Source of the DNA: a virus
IMG/VR virus record: IMGVR_UViG_3300050035_000086
Location: 1 to 64,000 of that record
Length of the DNA: 64,000 nucleotides
Reading direction: 5' to 3' (one strand)
How positions within the stretch are numbered: the stretch's first letter is position 1; each line of letters starts with the position of its first letter. The notes beneath the pieces were generated by a model. The model worked only from the letters and a program-made list of their open reading frames with translations. It was not told the origin of the DNA and ran no database searches. A program made the translations under genes and the position numbers. Below, piece after piece: positions 35,256 to 46,293 of this stretch.

Positions 35256-36478
35256 TGGGTCAAATTTATCCAACTCCATCCTCCTTCGGGCAGTCCCTAA
35301 CCATTAATACAACTGCTCCCCTAACCGGAGGGGGTCCTGTTTCTTCGGGAGGAAGTCTTACCCTGGGTCTTTCGACCAGCAATGATTCAACCCGTCGAGC
35401 ATACGTAGTTACTCCTGCTCCAGACGGAAATACTGCCAATTTTACGATAGTCGGATTCCCGCCTGGGTCAAACGTTTCTTACGCTGACGTTTTCGTTGAC
35501 GGAAAACTTCAGTTTACTTCTACTTTTACTCTGTCAGGTTCTACCCTTTACCTGAATACTCCTCCCACAACCGGGCAAAAAGTTAGGGTAGTATGCTCGA
35601 CTCCGTCCGACAACCGACAGCAGTTCACATTAACTTCCTCTTCTTCCACCGTTTTCACGTTTCCTTCTGTTTCTCCCCAAAGTGCTTACGTAGATGTCTA
35701 TGATGGAAATGGAAAACTGCAAACTGTTGGGGCAACTGGGTACTACCTCGATATTACCGACGGAGCGTACTCTGTTGTTTTTGCTTCTGCTCCGGTGATC
35801 CCCGTTGTCGCTGTGTTCGATCCTACGGTAAACAGTGGTCGTAATTTGTACACAACAACGGCCATTACTTCGACAACCTTCAGCATATCTGGCGGATCAC
35901 CTAGCACCCCCTACATTGATGTGTTTGACCAAGGTTTGTTTCTGATGGACGGCTCGTCTTACGACTACACCCTGAGTTATACTTCCGGGGTGTGGATCAT
36001 AACATTTGCAACCGCCCCGGTCGCTCCTGTTGCTATCTTCGCCCCGGCTACTGTAATTCCCCCCTCCCAGAGTATCGGTTCTGTAGTTAATACTCTAAAT
36101 GGACTGTCCGGAAATGTTACCCTAGTCCCTGGGTCAAATATCACTCTGACACCTTCTGGGAATACGATCACCATAGCGTCTACGGGAGGAGGGGGTGGTT
36201 TTACCTCGGGAAGCACCTCAAGCGGATATTGGGTAAAAGACCCTACAGGACATATTCACCAGTGGGGCAATATTACAACCGATATTAATAGCGGAAGCGT
36301 TGTGGTAACTTTTCCAACTCCTTTTACCACCGCATTAAGTATTTCCGTACTTGTAGCAACTGTATCGGCAGCAGACCGAATTACTTACGTGAATAACGGA
36401 ACTGCGAACGATGTTGGCTTCTCTGTGTCAAACAACGGTTCGGGTGGATTTGCCTCTTGGACTGCTGACGGATTCTAA
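35255..36478 (+). CDS. Tail fibre protein with gp53-like C-terminal domain
   Basis: Three internal repeats (DVFVDG/DVYDGNG/DVFDQG), VNTLNGLSGNVTL, SGYWVKDPTGHIHQWG...VTFPTPF. Confidence 0.7.
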   Translation: MGQIYPTPSSFGQSLTINTTAPLTGGGPVSSGGSLTLGLSTSNDSTRRAYVVTPAPDGNTANFTIVGFPPGSNVSYADVFVDGKLQFTSTFTLSGSTLYLNTPPTTGQKVRVVCSTPSDNRQQFTLTSSSSTVFTFPSVSPQSAYVDVYDGNGKLQTVGATGYYLDITDGAYSVVFASAPVIPVVAVFDPTVNSGRNLYTTTAITSTTFSISGGSPSTPYIDVFDQGLFLMDGSSYDYTLSYTSGVWIITFATAPVAPVAIFAPATVIPPSQSIGSVVNTLNGLSGNVTLVPGSNITLTPSGNTITIASTGGGGGFTSGSTSSGYWVKDPTGHIHQWGNITTDINSGSVVVTFPTPFTTALSISVLVATVSAADRITYVNNGTANDVGFSVSNNGSGGFASWTADGF

Positions 36479-36528
36479 AACGCCCCAAAATAATTTCTTG
36501 ACCTTCAAATCTAAAACTTAGGATAAAC

Positions 36529-36849
36529 ATGCAAGCACCTTGGAACCCAATGACGTGGGCATCAGAACACTGGCCGCAACTTGTGGGATGGACGGCTGTG
36601 GCAACCTTTCTGTCTTATATCTACCAGTGGGCAAAGAACTTAGGCGGATACGCCACGTCTCTAACCGCAACGAGAGATGATTTAGGCGCGATTAAGTCTA
36701 ACCATATCCCTCATCTTCAGAAGGAGTTGGAGATGGTCAATCAGCGACTCGAAACAGTCAATACTAATCTTGAAGGAATTCGAGAAGACTTTCGTGACGG
36801 CATTAATCGTCTAAGCGACAGTATCAATGTTTTACTGACGAGGCTTTAA
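36529..36849 (+). CDS. TM + coiled-coil protein (possible holin-like)
   Basis: Single TM followed by heptad repeats. Confidence 0.45.
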   Translation: MQAPWNPMTWASEHWPQLVGWTAVATFLSYIYQWAKNLGGYATSLTATRDDLGAIKSNHIPHLQKELEMVNQRLETVNTNLEGIREDFRDGINRLSDSINVLLTRL

Positions 36850-37254
36850 ATGGATCTTATGTTTGTGCGTCCGGCTAAACTGGGAGATGAGACGAAATTT
36901 TTGGACTGGTCTGTAGAAAATCCAGATAATGGATTTGATCCAGAGGTTGCTAAATCTCCGTCTACATTCGTTCTATGTGCTTACGACAAAACGGGAGCAG
37001 TAGCTTACCAGCCGGTCCAGCAAGTATTCATGATGGACTCCTACGCGGGCCGTCCCGGAAATACTAAGTTGCAAACAGCGGTGGCTATGAAGGAATTGTT
37101 CCAGGAGACGGTTACCCAAGCACACATAAAAGGCGTGTCCGAAATTTACTACCTCGGGACAGAGGTAGGAACCGATGCAATGACTACCAAGCATGTTTTT
37201 GAAGAGCTTCCATACAAGGTTTTTCGCGTGAAAGTTGCTAGTCTAGAGGGCTAA
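36850..37254 (+). CDS. GNAT-like virion assembly protein (position of P22 gp14-like genes)
   Basis: Starts 'FVRPAK', precedes ejection-type genes. Confidence 0.4.
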   Translation: MDLMFVRPAKLGDETKFLDWSVENPDNGFDPEVAKSPSTFVLCAYDKTGAVAYQPVQQVFMMDSYAGRPGNTKLQTAVAMKELFQETVTQAHIKGVSEIYYLGTEVGTDAMTTKHVFEELPYKVFRVKVASLEG

Positions 37255-38148
37255 ATGAAGATCAACACATTTTTGGAATTCGTTTGGAGTTCCCGGCAAA
37301 ATCGATACATACTTGTCCGCAATCAGTCCATTACCTGGACTGGTGGGGTTGCTCTGTGTAAAGCAGAGGGGCCTAGCTCTGAACAACAAGGAATAGCCTC
37401 CTCCCAACAATCTTTCTACAACACGCTACAAAAAGACTACGGAACACAGTTCGCAAACCAGAGTAATATTTTGAATGCTCTGAACAAATCTTTGTCCCCC
37501 ATTATAAATGCAGGAGTCGGTCAGTATGGGTTTGGAAATGCTGAGGACGCGGCAATGCGTACTCAGTCAACTTCGGGAACCGCGAGCGCCTACAGAAGTG
37601 CGAAACAGGCGTCTGGGGAAGCGCAAGCAGCGCAAGGCGGAGGAGATACTTTTATCGGCTCTGGTGTCAAAGCGCAGACAAACGCGCAACTAGCCAATTC
37701 TGCCGCTTCTACTGAAGCAAATCAGCAACTAGGAATTACGCAACAGGGGTACCAAACCGGAAGATCAAATTATTTCAACGCAGTCAATCAGGAACAAAAT
37801 GTAGCTAATGCTTATAACCCCTCCGCGTACGGCCAGATGGCGAACTCGGCGGGATCTGCGGCGTATGGGTCGGCCTCAAACAATCAACAACTAAAAGCCG
37901 CAGCAGACGCTGCAAATAATCCTTGGGGACTCGTCGGGGGAGTAGCTGGTGGCATCGCGGGCTCTTTCGTAGGGATGCCGGGGGCTGGATACGCTCTTGG
38001 GTCTTCCTTGGGGGGTGGTTTAAGTGGTGCAACTTCTTCGGGGGGAAACTCTGGCGGTCTTGCTGGTGGGTTTGGTAATCTAGATACCACAGGAGGATCA
38101 ACTTTCATGGAGCAGTTGAAGAATTTCGGATCGGGCCTGGGCAGATAA
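37255..38148 (+). CDS. Putative DNA ejection/pilot protein
   Basis: Q/A/S/G-rich helical body with Gly-rich hydrophobic C-terminal hairpin. Confidence 0.6.
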   Translation: MKINTFLEFVWSSRQNRYILVRNQSITWTGGVALCKAEGPSSEQQGIASSQQSFYNTLQKDYGTQFANQSNILNALNKSLSPIINAGVGQYGFGNAEDAAMRTQSTSGTASAYRSAKQASGEAQAAQGGGDTFIGSGVKAQTNAQLANSAASTEANQQLGITQQGYQTGRSNYFNAVNQEQNVANAYNPSAYGQMANSAGSAAYGSASNNQQLKAAADAANNPWGLVGGVAGGIAGSFVGMPGAGYALGSSLGGGLSGATSSGGNSGGLAGGFGNLDTTGGSTFMEQLKNFGSGLGR

Positions 38149-38149
38149 T

Positions 38150-38542
38150 ATGAGCGAACGAAGAATTGAAGCACTGGTTGACGCTATTGCCCACTTACGG
38201 GGTTCGTCCACTAACCCGGACTCTGATTTGTACCAGATTCGAAACCCGATTGGTACTATGAGTTTTTCTCGTCCCGGACGCAATGAGGTAGATGCTGAGG
38301 GACACCGCGTGTTTAAATCTTGGTTAGCCGGGTATCGAGCCGCTGTATTTGATCTTACCATCAAGTGCAAAGGAGAGTCTCGTGCCAACCTAAAACCTAC
38401 CGATCTACTCGAAAATCTATTGCGCGTTCTGGGAATTACTGAGAAGCTGGGGCAAGATCAAGTAGTTAAATTCCTGAAGCGCGCCCTCAAAGACCAATCC
38501 ATTACCCGGACCACCCCTCTATCATATTTTGTCGAAAACTAA
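38150..38542 (+). CDS. Hypothetical protein, possibly lysozyme-fold virion protein
   Basis: RNPIG...GHRVFKSWLAGYRAA resembles NNPGN-type virion proteins. Confidence 0.35.
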   Translation: MSERRIEALVDAIAHLRGSSTNPDSDLYQIRNPIGTMSFSRPGRNEVDAEGHRVFKSWLAGYRAAVFDLTIKCKGESRANLKPTDLLENLLRVLGITEKLGQDQVVKFLKRALKDQSITRTTPLSYFVEN

Positions 38543-38550
38543 GGACCACA

Positions 38551-40197
38551 ATGCCTGATAATCTTCCTAATCCCGATGCGTCTGCTGTTGTAACTGCACC
38601 CGCTGGACCTCCTGCTCCCCAGACTCAATCTCCCGATATGGGGGATCAGCAGATTCCACAACAACCGATGCAAGCCTTTAATCCCCCCGCGCGTGGAGTC
38701 CCCGCCTCCCAACCACAGCAACCCGCCCCACAAAGCGGATGGCACAAGGCTCTTCAGAGCTTAATGGGAAGTTCTACCCAATATCAGCAGACCCCAAACG
38801 GCCCAGTTCCAGTTCAGGTCCCGAATAAACCCGGGCAGTTGTTCCGTAGTATCTTGGCTGGGGCCATCATGGGAGGAGCTGCGGGAGAAGAAGCGCACAA
38901 CCAGAATCCCTACGGGGGTTTTGCTGGCGGTTTTATGCCCGGGGCAAAAGCGGGTATGCAGAACCAGCAAGCGGAGCAACAGAGAGCGCAACAGCAAGCT
39001 CAGCAGCAATGGCAGAACCAGCTAACAGCGAACAAGGAGCAGAGAGACAAAGATAAAGACCAAAGAGAAGCGACAGCCGCCTCGACTGAGGATATGGTTC
39101 AAAAAGCTCGAATCGCCCAAGCAAACGCAGAAACCTTGAGAACAAACCAATTAGTTCAGGGATCTAGCTTTGACCTCCACCAAAGAATAGCGGACGCGGA
39201 CAAGGCGCGCATCTCTACGTTCGTAAACGCCGGAGTAAAGCCAACTTACGAAGATATTCCAGAATCCCAAATGAATGATATCATCAAGAATGCCCCCGGG
39301 TCCGGGTCTCTTGACTGGAGAGCAACCGGGACCAAAACTGTGATGGTGAAAGACGCAAACGGAAACGAGACTCCTTCTTTCGAGCTGGTATATTCCGCCT
39401 ACGATCCAAAAACATCTGCCCCTCTATCTCAGGCAACTATTCAGCAGTGGGATAAAGATGGACTTTTCAAGTATCATCCGGAGTATAAAGATATTGTCAA
39501 AACCGGGAAGGTTCTAAGTGCCGATCAGTTCACATCTCTAGACCAGCAGGCCCAAAACTACGCGAACCAAAGCCTCGCACAAACCAAAAATGATTTAGAA
39601 GTTGAGCTCGTCAGGGCACAAATCGGGGAAGCAAAAGCGGCTATTGCCGCTCATCAGGCTACTACTCGTAGAGAAAATCTGTCTACTTCAGAAATGGCTA
39701 CAGAGGACGCTCGGAAGAACCGAGAAGAAAACGCTTGGAAACATCTCGCAGCCGCTGGAAATGATCCTTCTAAAATAAGTGCAGAAGACCGAGTCGTCAT
39801 AGGACGAGCTTCTGCTCCGGTAGCTGCTGCCGCTCTTGCGGGGATTAAAGTCGCAGCCCAAGAAGCACAAAACGGAGACGCCGACGCCGAATCCCAACTC
39901 CCTGAATTGTGGAGGCAGTATAACGCTCTCAGCCGATTGGCTAGCTTCTCGAATGAGTCTTCAGCCTCAGCGGTTGATCCAATTCAGGCTACCGTTGATT
40001 CTCTCAAGGGTAAGTCTGCCCACGAAGTTGCCGCTTCTCTGGACGACCCAAAGAATAAAGTTCCTGACGCCGTTAAAGCACAGGTATGGAAGAAGCTAGG
40101 AATGCAGCCGCCATCGTCCTTGAGTCCTCTCGGACAAGGTGCGCTGAGGGCCGTAGAAACGATAGGCCCAGCTCTTAACGCAATACCGATCTTATAG
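38551..40197 (+). CDS. Putative ejection (internal virion) protein
   Basis: 548 aa, Pro/Gln-rich N-terminus, Gly-rich helix, coiled coils. Confidence 0.6.
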   Translation: MPDNLPNPDASAVVTAPAGPPAPQTQSPDMGDQQIPQQPMQAFNPPARGVPASQPQQPAPQSGWHKALQSLMGSSTQYQQTPNGPVPVQVPNKPGQLFRSILAGAIMGGAAGEEAHNQNPYGGFAGGFMPGAKAGMQNQQAEQQRAQQQAQQQWQNQLTANKEQRDKDKDQREATAASTEDMVQKARIAQANAETLRTNQLVQGSSFDLHQRIADADKARISTFVNAGVKPTYEDIPESQMNDIIKNAPGSGSLDWRATGTKTVMVKDANGNETPSFELVYSAYDPKTSAPLSQATIQQWDKDGLFKYHPEYKDIVKTGKVLSADQFTSLDQQAQNYANQSLAQTKNDLEVELVRAQIGEAKAAIAAHQATTRRENLSTSEMATEDARKNREENAWKHLAAAGNDPSKISAEDRVVIGRASAPVAAAALAGIKVAAQEAQNGDADAESQLPELWRQYNALSRLASFSNESSASAVDPIQATVDSLKGKSAHEVAASLDDPKNKVPDAVKAQVWKKLGMQPPSSLSPLGQGALRAVETIGPALNAIPIL

Positions 40198-40212
40198 CAA
40201 CATAGGAAAATC

Positions 40213-43200
40213 ATGTCTAACTCAGTAGACCTTAGTGGAATCTGGGGGCAAACAACCGCCTCCACAGAAACTAATGCTCCTGCTCCTCCAAGCGCTGTCG
40301 ATTTAAGCAGCATTTGGGGGGCGCAAAAATCATCTCCAGTTGCCCCCACTTCAACTCCCGGGGCCGCCGACCTCAGCAGCATATGGGGTGGAGGTTCTGC
40401 GCGTCCAGATAATGGACAACCTGCCCAACCTATTCAGCATGTTTACCAAGACCCAAATCAAAGTTGGTATAAAAGGGCCTGGGACTTCGCACAGACACCG
40501 ATCACGGAAAGTCTCTTCGGAATGCCAGAAGAAAGAGAAGGGGCTGGTGGCCTTGAGCGCGGTATAGAACACATTGCATCTGGGTTTACGAGTCCCCTCT
40601 CGCTCGCGCTGACCGCTGCCACCTTCGGCACTGGGTCTTTGATCGAAAGCGCCGGAGCAACTGCCCTCAAAGAAGCCGGACTCTCTACTGCCGAAATTGC
40701 AGATGCTGTCAAAGGCTCCCAAGCGGCTCTAGGTGCTCTCAAGGAAGCGAAGTCAGTGGACCCAGTCATTCAACAAGCTCTGGAAGCGGGAGGGCACGAT
40801 CTGGGTCTTCTGGATCGGGCTAGGAAACTCGTGTCTCCGTTAAATCGAGACGCGGAGTTCGGTTCGTCTGCAATTCAGAACGCCCTAAAGGAATCTGGAA
40901 AATTCTCCCCAGAAGAACTAGAAGCTCTGGGTAAGGCCGGAGACGCAGTCGCCGAAGCCAAGGCTGGATTCCACCCAGTTGAAGACGCCGTACGCGAAAC
41001 AGGCGCAGATGTAGACGTTTGGAAGCGCGCGCAGAAAGCCCTATACGATAATGGCCTGACTGAGCAGGACCTATTGTCTAAAAATATGCTCGAAAACGGG
41101 GCCTTCCAAGTCCTGCGTCACACGATCCCGGATCTACCTGTCGCTGCTACTGCTCGAATGGCCAAGACTGCGAATGCTGTTTTGAATGCCGGATTTACCC
41201 TCCAGCAGTTTGAAACAGCAGCGGCTATGTCTCCCCGATTCCTCGACGCTCTCAAAGAAGGGGACACCGATAAAGCTTGGGAGTACGGAACAGAAGCCTT
41301 TGCAGGCGGTGCTTTGGGAATCCTCGGGACGCCTCACGCTCTTCACGCAGCGGGAGAACTGTTCAAACCGCTTCTGGAGACCGACAAGTTCAGACCCAAC
41401 GACGAGTTTTTGGCAATGGACCGGGCTAACAAGGAACGTGAAGTTCAACATGCAGTCGGAGAACAAGAATCCATCAATTTGGATAGCCGCGTTCGGAAAA
41501 TTCTCGGACACGAAACTCCCGGCTTTAAGGATAAGGTATTTGGCCCAAATGCTGATGTAAAATCACAGAAAGAACTTGAACTAGCTTCTGTGTTTCATCA
41601 GGTGGTCACCGGAGGAGACGCTGAAAAAGCGGCTGTTTGGCACGACGCTCTTGCGGAGGCATTGGGCAAAGACGAGCGCTTGACGAAGAGTCCAGATAAT
41701 GGACAGTATGGTCCAGCTAATGAAGCCGATGAGTGGGATCAGCTTGAAAACGAGGTTCATTCTCGAACTGGAAAGGACCCGGCGGACGTTTCTTATGCCG
41801 AGTTACAGAAAGCAGGAGTATCTCCAGAACTACTAAACAACTGGGATAAGTACACAAAGAGAAACCCGTTTTCAGCCGACACCCCAGAATTGTCTAAATA
41901 TGCTCGCACACAGACTCTCTCAGGAATCGGAACCGCTAATCCTGTTTTACTTCTCAACGACTACGCTCACGAACTACTCACCCGTGTTTGTATGAACACT
42001 CGGAACTGGTACGGAGCTGAGTTTAACACAGAAGATGTTGGGAAACTGGTGTCCGCTCTTCGAGAAGAGGCACAAAAAGGAGACAGAGGAAACCTCTCGG
42101 TACTTGCGAACGAACTAGAAAAAGCCGCGTCGGGGGGTAGGTCTGTGGTCGCCGTTAAGAAAATCGGTGGTCTCGCGCAGACATCTACCATTGCTCACGA
42201 GCAGACACACGTCTGGCAGACTAAATATCCTCTGACCCCGGAGCAACTGAAGCCGGTACTCGGTGATCCTCTGTACCGAGATGCCCTAAACGATTTGTAC
42301 CGCAAAGGATATAAGTCGGATACAGATACGCTTCCAGATGAAATCCTGTCTCATCTATCCACTGATGATCGACTTGGGTTATCAAAAACAGAAGCAAAGG
42401 ACTTGACAAAGAAGTTCTTGTCGTTGTATCCTAAAGAAGCAATATCGGAATTCCCGAACAGAAATGAAACCACTCTAAATGCCCTGAAGGAGCTAGGATA
42501 CGATGAGAATATTAACCAGACCGCAAATCGAGGAATACTTTACCAAACGTCACGAGTCTTCGGAAACGGAGCGGGGTCTCCGCACCCCTACCTCCCCGAC
42601 AACATCCGAGAACTCATCGCCGACAACAACTTCAAAGCACTCCCCGATAGCTATAAAGCCACTGTCTTAGCCTCTTTAAAGAGAGTTGCTAACGGAGAAC
42701 TATCTGACCGGGAGCTTGAAGCAGCCAAAGCTCTGAGAGACGAGCAGGCTCGCAATTTCCAAATAGGATCGTCCAACGATCTTCTGCACTCGTTCGTCCA
42801 AGACTACATGACCCGTACCTACAAGGACCTGAATCCAGACGGTAAGGTTGTTGCGTCCGAAGCCAAGCAGGGTAAGTTCGCTACGAACGTCACGATGGCT
42901 CGTCAGCGCGTATATGACTCTCACCTAACCGCCCTTCTGAAATCTCCAAAGCCAATCGACTTTGATCCGGTGTCTGTAACAGCTAAAGGACGCGGAGAAC
43001 TCATCAAAGCAGCGGCAAACAAACAGTTGATTGACACTCTCCGCGATCAGTTCACTCGCGGCTCAGACGGTCGTCCTGCGGTAGTTCTCTCAGGACAAGG
43101 CCAAGTTGTGTCTGGACAAAATGGGGAAGACCCTAAAACTTTCATCGACCCAAACCGGGTTCGTAAAATCAACATTGCAGATTCAGTAGTCCAGCAACTG

Positions 43201-45303
43201 GACAAATCAGGAGACCTCCAAAGATTCTTGGACGAAGGAACCATCAAGGACCTGACTCCATACGTCCATCCATCGAATATCCAAGCAGCTATCGAAAAGT
43301 TGGAGGAGCAGTCTACTCGTAAAGAAGCTCAATATGACGAAGTCGGGAACAATAAGCTATCAACCGACATCATGTATTTGAAGTCGATGGCAGCTAACAA
43401 AGACTACTCAGGACTCAAGGAGTTTAACGACGCGCAGAAGAAGGTTTATGCGTGGGACCCCCAAGATTACATAAGTCTAAATAACAATGCAATGAAGGGG
43501 TGGAACTTCGTAACCAACGATTCTGCTGGGCATAACATCTTGGTCCGGTCAGATATTCGTGTCCATCCTGAGTTTGCGGAGTACCTGAAGAACCGTCTGG
43601 GTCTGGAACCGTCGGCGGTCGCCAGCAGCGCGGTGGGGAAAGCCTTGCTCGGAGCCGGGACCAAGATGAAAGAGACGTTGCTGTCTCTATCTCCGTTCCA
43701 CATGGTTCAGGAAGCGCTACGCGGAATCATGATAGGAATTAACCCGTTCCACAAAATTGGTCCGGACATTCTTACCGGGGCTAAGGTAGACCCACTCGAC
43801 CCTAATTCACCCACGAAGATTAACGTGGGTGTCCGAAACGGACTGACCGTGGGTACTGACTACAAATCCTTGCAGGACCATTCTGAAGGTGTCGCTGCGG
43901 GCGGCGGAATTCTTCGTCTGATCCCCGGAGTCGGGAAACCTCTGTCTAATGCCATGGACTGGTACCAGTCGTTCTTGTTCAAACGCTATATTCCCGCCCT
44001 TAAAGCGCGCGGTTACGAACTTATGTTTGATCGCTACCAAGAGGCGCATCCCGACTGGGAAATAGACCACGTCGCAAAAGTAGCAGCTACCCACGCCAAT
44101 AACACGTTTGGTGGAATTAATTGGAAAGCGATGGGCAGATCAGCTACGAATCAGGACTGGGGGCGCTTATTGCTGCTAGCTCCTGATTGGCTTGAGGCGG
44201 AGATGCGCTCTGGGGCCAATCTGTTCAACAAAGATGAAGGCGGACTAGGCCGTGCGCAAGTCGCCAAGATGGCTCTCGGTTTGTGGGGGGTAGCGCGCGT
44301 TCTGAACTACGCTTCTACTGGTAGTTTTCACAACGAGGCTCCCTTTGGGTTAGCCGTCAAGAACAAAGAAGGCAAGGAAACGGTCTTCGGCATTAGAACT
44401 CTACCCACCGACCTTCTTCACGCGGCGTCTGACCCAGTAGGGTTCCTCAAAGGACGTTTAGCCCCTACCATACGTACGGGGGAAGAACTCCTGTCCCAAC
44501 GCGACCAGTTTGGAAGAAAGCTGGCTCCAGAAGACTTGTGGGCAGACGTTTTCAGGAACATGGCTCCTATTCCTGCTCAGACTATAGGACAAATGGTATC
44601 GGGGTCCGGGCCTTCTGTAGGCAACCCGGGGCAAGTATGGAAATCTATCGGAGGCACTGCCCAAACTTATCAGACCCCCGCTCAGAAGCTAGCCGCAGAA
44701 CTGGCTAGTAATCACAACGAAGATGGCCCCGTGGACTCGTCACAAATGGCTCGCCATTCTAGAGTTATGCAGCTAGAAGATCAAGTAAGATCAGGAGACC
44801 TTTCTTGGCCGGACTTGATGAAATTGACGTATGAGACAGATCAGTTGAAGGAATCGGAGCTGAAACATATTCAGCAGAATCTTCAGAAAACGAAGGGGCT
44901 GGATTCTTCAATGGCCTCTCTCTACACTAGAGCTTCGAGACTGCCCGCCAAAGAATACTTGCAACTTTTAGATGTGACAAATCCTTCCGAGAAAACGGCT
45001 TTGGTTCCTCTGACAATACAAGTTCAGAGACGGTACCTGACCAAAGCTAAGAAGGATGAGACCCCCGAAGAGAGACAAAGGGATCCAGTATTCCAGAGAC
45101 TGTTGAGAACAATCCCTGGGAGAGAAGAAGCTGCTCCGCAGCCGCAGTCTCAAGCAGCTCCTCCGCCCGTGGTTTCTCCGGCTATACAAAAGGAAGTAGC
45201 ATATCTCTATACAGCTACTCACCCGAATACTGGGCATAGAGTTGGGTCAAATGACGGTCATACGTGGTTTGATCACCAGACGGGAGAACCAATAAATGGC
45301 TAG
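40213..45303 (+). CDS. Very large internal virion/ejection protein (1696 aa)
   Basis: Last large gene of structural arm; N-terminal DLSxIWG x3; internal IAHEQTH. Confidence 0.65.
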   Translation: MSNSVDLSGIWGQTTASTETNAPAPPSAVDLSSIWGAQKSSPVAPTSTPGAADLSSIWGGGSARPDNGQPAQPIQHVYQDPNQSWYKRAWDFAQTPITESLFGMPEEREGAGGLERGIEHIASGFTSPLSLALTAATFGTGSLIESAGATALKEAGLSTAEIADAVKGSQAALGALKEAKSVDPVIQQALEAGGHDLGLLDRARKLVSPLNRDAEFGSSAIQNALKESGKFSPEELEALGKAGDAVAEAKAGFHPVEDAVRETGADVDVWKRAQKALYDNGLTEQDLLSKNMLENGAFQVLRHTIPDLPVAATARMAKTANAVLNAGFTLQQFETAAAMSPRFLDALKEGDTDKAWEYGTEAFAGGALGILGTPHALHAAGELFKPLLETDKFRPNDEFLAMDRANKEREVQHAVGEQESINLDSRVRKILGHETPGFKDKVFGPNADVKSQKELELASVFHQVVTGGDAEKAAVWHDALAEALGKDERLTKSPDNGQYGPANEADEWDQLENEVHSRTGKDPADVSYAELQKAGVSPELLNNWDKYTKRNPFSADTPELSKYARTQTLSGIGTANPVLLLNDYAHELLTRVCMNTRNWYGAEFNTEDVGKLVSALREEAQKGDRGNLSVLANELEKAASGGRSVVAVKKIGGLAQTSTIAHEQTHVWQTKYPLTPEQLKPVLGDPLYRDALNDLYRKGYKSDTDTLPDEILSHLSTDDRLGLSKTEAKDLTKKFLSLYPKEAISEFPNRNETTLNALKELGYDENINQTANRGILYQTSRVFGNGAGSPHPYLPDNIRELIADNNFKALPDSYKATVLASLKRVANGELSDRELEAAKALRDEQARNFQIGSSNDLLHSFVQDYMTRTYKDLNPDGKVVASEAKQGKFATNVTMARQRVYDSHLTALLKSPKPIDFDPVSVTAKGRGELIKAAANKQLIDTLRDQFTRGSDGRPAVVLSGQGQVVSGQNGEDPKTFIDPNRVRKINIADSVVQQLDKSGDLQRFLDEGTIKDLTPYVHPSNIQAAIEKLEEQSTRKEAQYDEVGNNKLSTDIMYLKSMAANKDYSGLKEFNDAQKKVYAWDPQDYISLNNNAMKGWNFVTNDSAGHNILVRSDIRVHPEFAEYLKNRLGLEPSAVASSAVGKALLGAGTKMKETLLSLSPFHMVQEALRGIMIGINPFHKIGPDILTGAKVDPLDPNSPTKINVGVRNGLTVGTDYKSLQDHSEGVAAGGGILRLIPGVGKPLSNAMDWYQSFLFKRYIPALKARGYELMFDRYQEAHPDWEIDHVAKVAATHANNTFGGINWKAMGRSATNQDWGRLLLLAPDWLEAEMRSGANLFNKDEGGLGRAQVAKMALGLWGVARVLNYASTGSFHNEAPFGLAVKNKEGKETVFGIRTLPTDLLHAASDPVGFLKGRLAPTIRTGEELLSQRDQFGRKLAPEDLWADVFRNMAPIPAQTIGQMVSGSGPSVGNPGQVWKSIGGTAQTYQTPAQKLAAELASNHNEDGPVDSSQMARHSRVMQLEDQVRSGDLSWPDLMKLTYETDQLKESELKHIQQNLQKTKGLDSSMASLYTRASRLPAKEYLQLLDVTNPSEKTALVPLTIQVQRRYLTKAKKDETPEERQRDPVFQRLLRTIPGREEAAPQPQSQAAPPPVVSPAIQKEVAYLYTATHPNTGHRVGSNDGHTWFDHQTGEPING

Positions 45304-46225
45304 TCCTGGAAATCCATTATCTGGACAACAACCGACTCCTCCGGCGGGCTACAAACTTGATGTGACCCCTCCGGAAGGGTATGCGTTGGACCAGAGCGTA
45401 CCTGAAAGTCAGCAATCGATCCCACCTCCTACACCCAATCTAGCGGCGCAACCCCCTGAGGTTCTGCCACAGGCAATGCACCCGGTTCTACAGCAGATAT
45501 TGAAGGAAAACCAGGGACTCGCTAAAAATTTCAACGCAGACAACACTTCTCTAGTGTTTGCCAGCGGAGAGAGACAGCAGCGAGGACTCAAGGAAAGAGG
45601 AGGTCTAGAATTCTGGCACCCAGAAGGAGAACCTGTTGATAAGGGAGGCGATCCGACCTACCCAACTCCACAACTCGGAAAGAATGTTCTTGAAGTATAC
45701 AGTGATGACTTGAAGAATGACCCAATCTCCCTAAAGCAGGCACTCGTTGGCGACTTATTGCACGGAATGACGAGTGATCCTTATTGGAAGAATCTCCGCG
45801 ACCAGTTTATGCAGAACTTTACTCCGCAGGAGAGGAAACGACAAAAAGATGCACAGACGTGGTGGGAAGACGTGAACGGAGATAGACACGCGGAACAAAA
45901 GGGAGAGGTTGGACATTCGCTGGGTAATGGAACATACGATGCCTATATTCGAGGATGGATATTTAATGAGGGGGAGGGAAAACAAGGGCAGATGGAGCAA
46001 GGAAATACTATGTATTCCCCCAAACAACTACAAATCTTACAGAAGATGCAGGAGTATCTAAAAACTGGAAAGATTTCTACTGCCCCACTAAAAAATACCC
46101 GTAGTAGGCCAGAAAAGATAGTTCCTAAGAAGGAGCCAGTTCGACCAGAACCAGATTGGGATGCCAATGACTACAAAAGGAATGGTCTAAAAGTACCTCC
46201 TTCTCTAGCTACTCTCAACAAATAG
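45296..46225 (+). CDS. Hypothetical virion-associated protein
   Basis: PPAGYKLD/PPEGYALD N-terminal repeats; RBS GGAG. Confidence 0.55.
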   Translation: MASPGNPLSGQQPTPPAGYKLDVTPPEGYALDQSVPESQQSIPPPTPNLAAQPPEVLPQAMHPVLQQILKENQGLAKNFNADNTSLVFASGERQQRGLKERGGLEFWHPEGEPVDKGGDPTYPTPQLGKNVLEVYSDDLKNDPISLKQALVGDLLHGMTSDPYWKNLRDQFMQNFTPQERKRQKDAQTWWEDVNGDRHAEQKGEVGHSLGNGTYDAYIRGWIFNEGEGKQGQMEQGNTMYSPKQLQILQKMQEYLKTGKISTAPLKNTRSRPEKIVPKKEPVRPEPDWDANDYKRNGLKVPPSLATLNK

Positions 46226-46235
46226 TCTAGCAAAC

Positions 46236-46273
46236 AGAAGCCCCGAATCCTCTATAGGACCGGGGCTTTTTCT
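46236..46273. terminator. Intrinsic terminator at convergence of the two genome arms
   Basis: AAGCCCCG...CGGGGCTT followed by T-tract; motif copy 46276 immediately adjacent. Confidence 0.75.
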
Positions 46274-46293
46274 GTGTCCATTATCTGGACCGT

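Noticed and set aside
8980-36478. Diversity-generating retroelement acting on fibre genes
   Set aside because: No reverse transcriptase and no template/variable repeat pair seen in the window.
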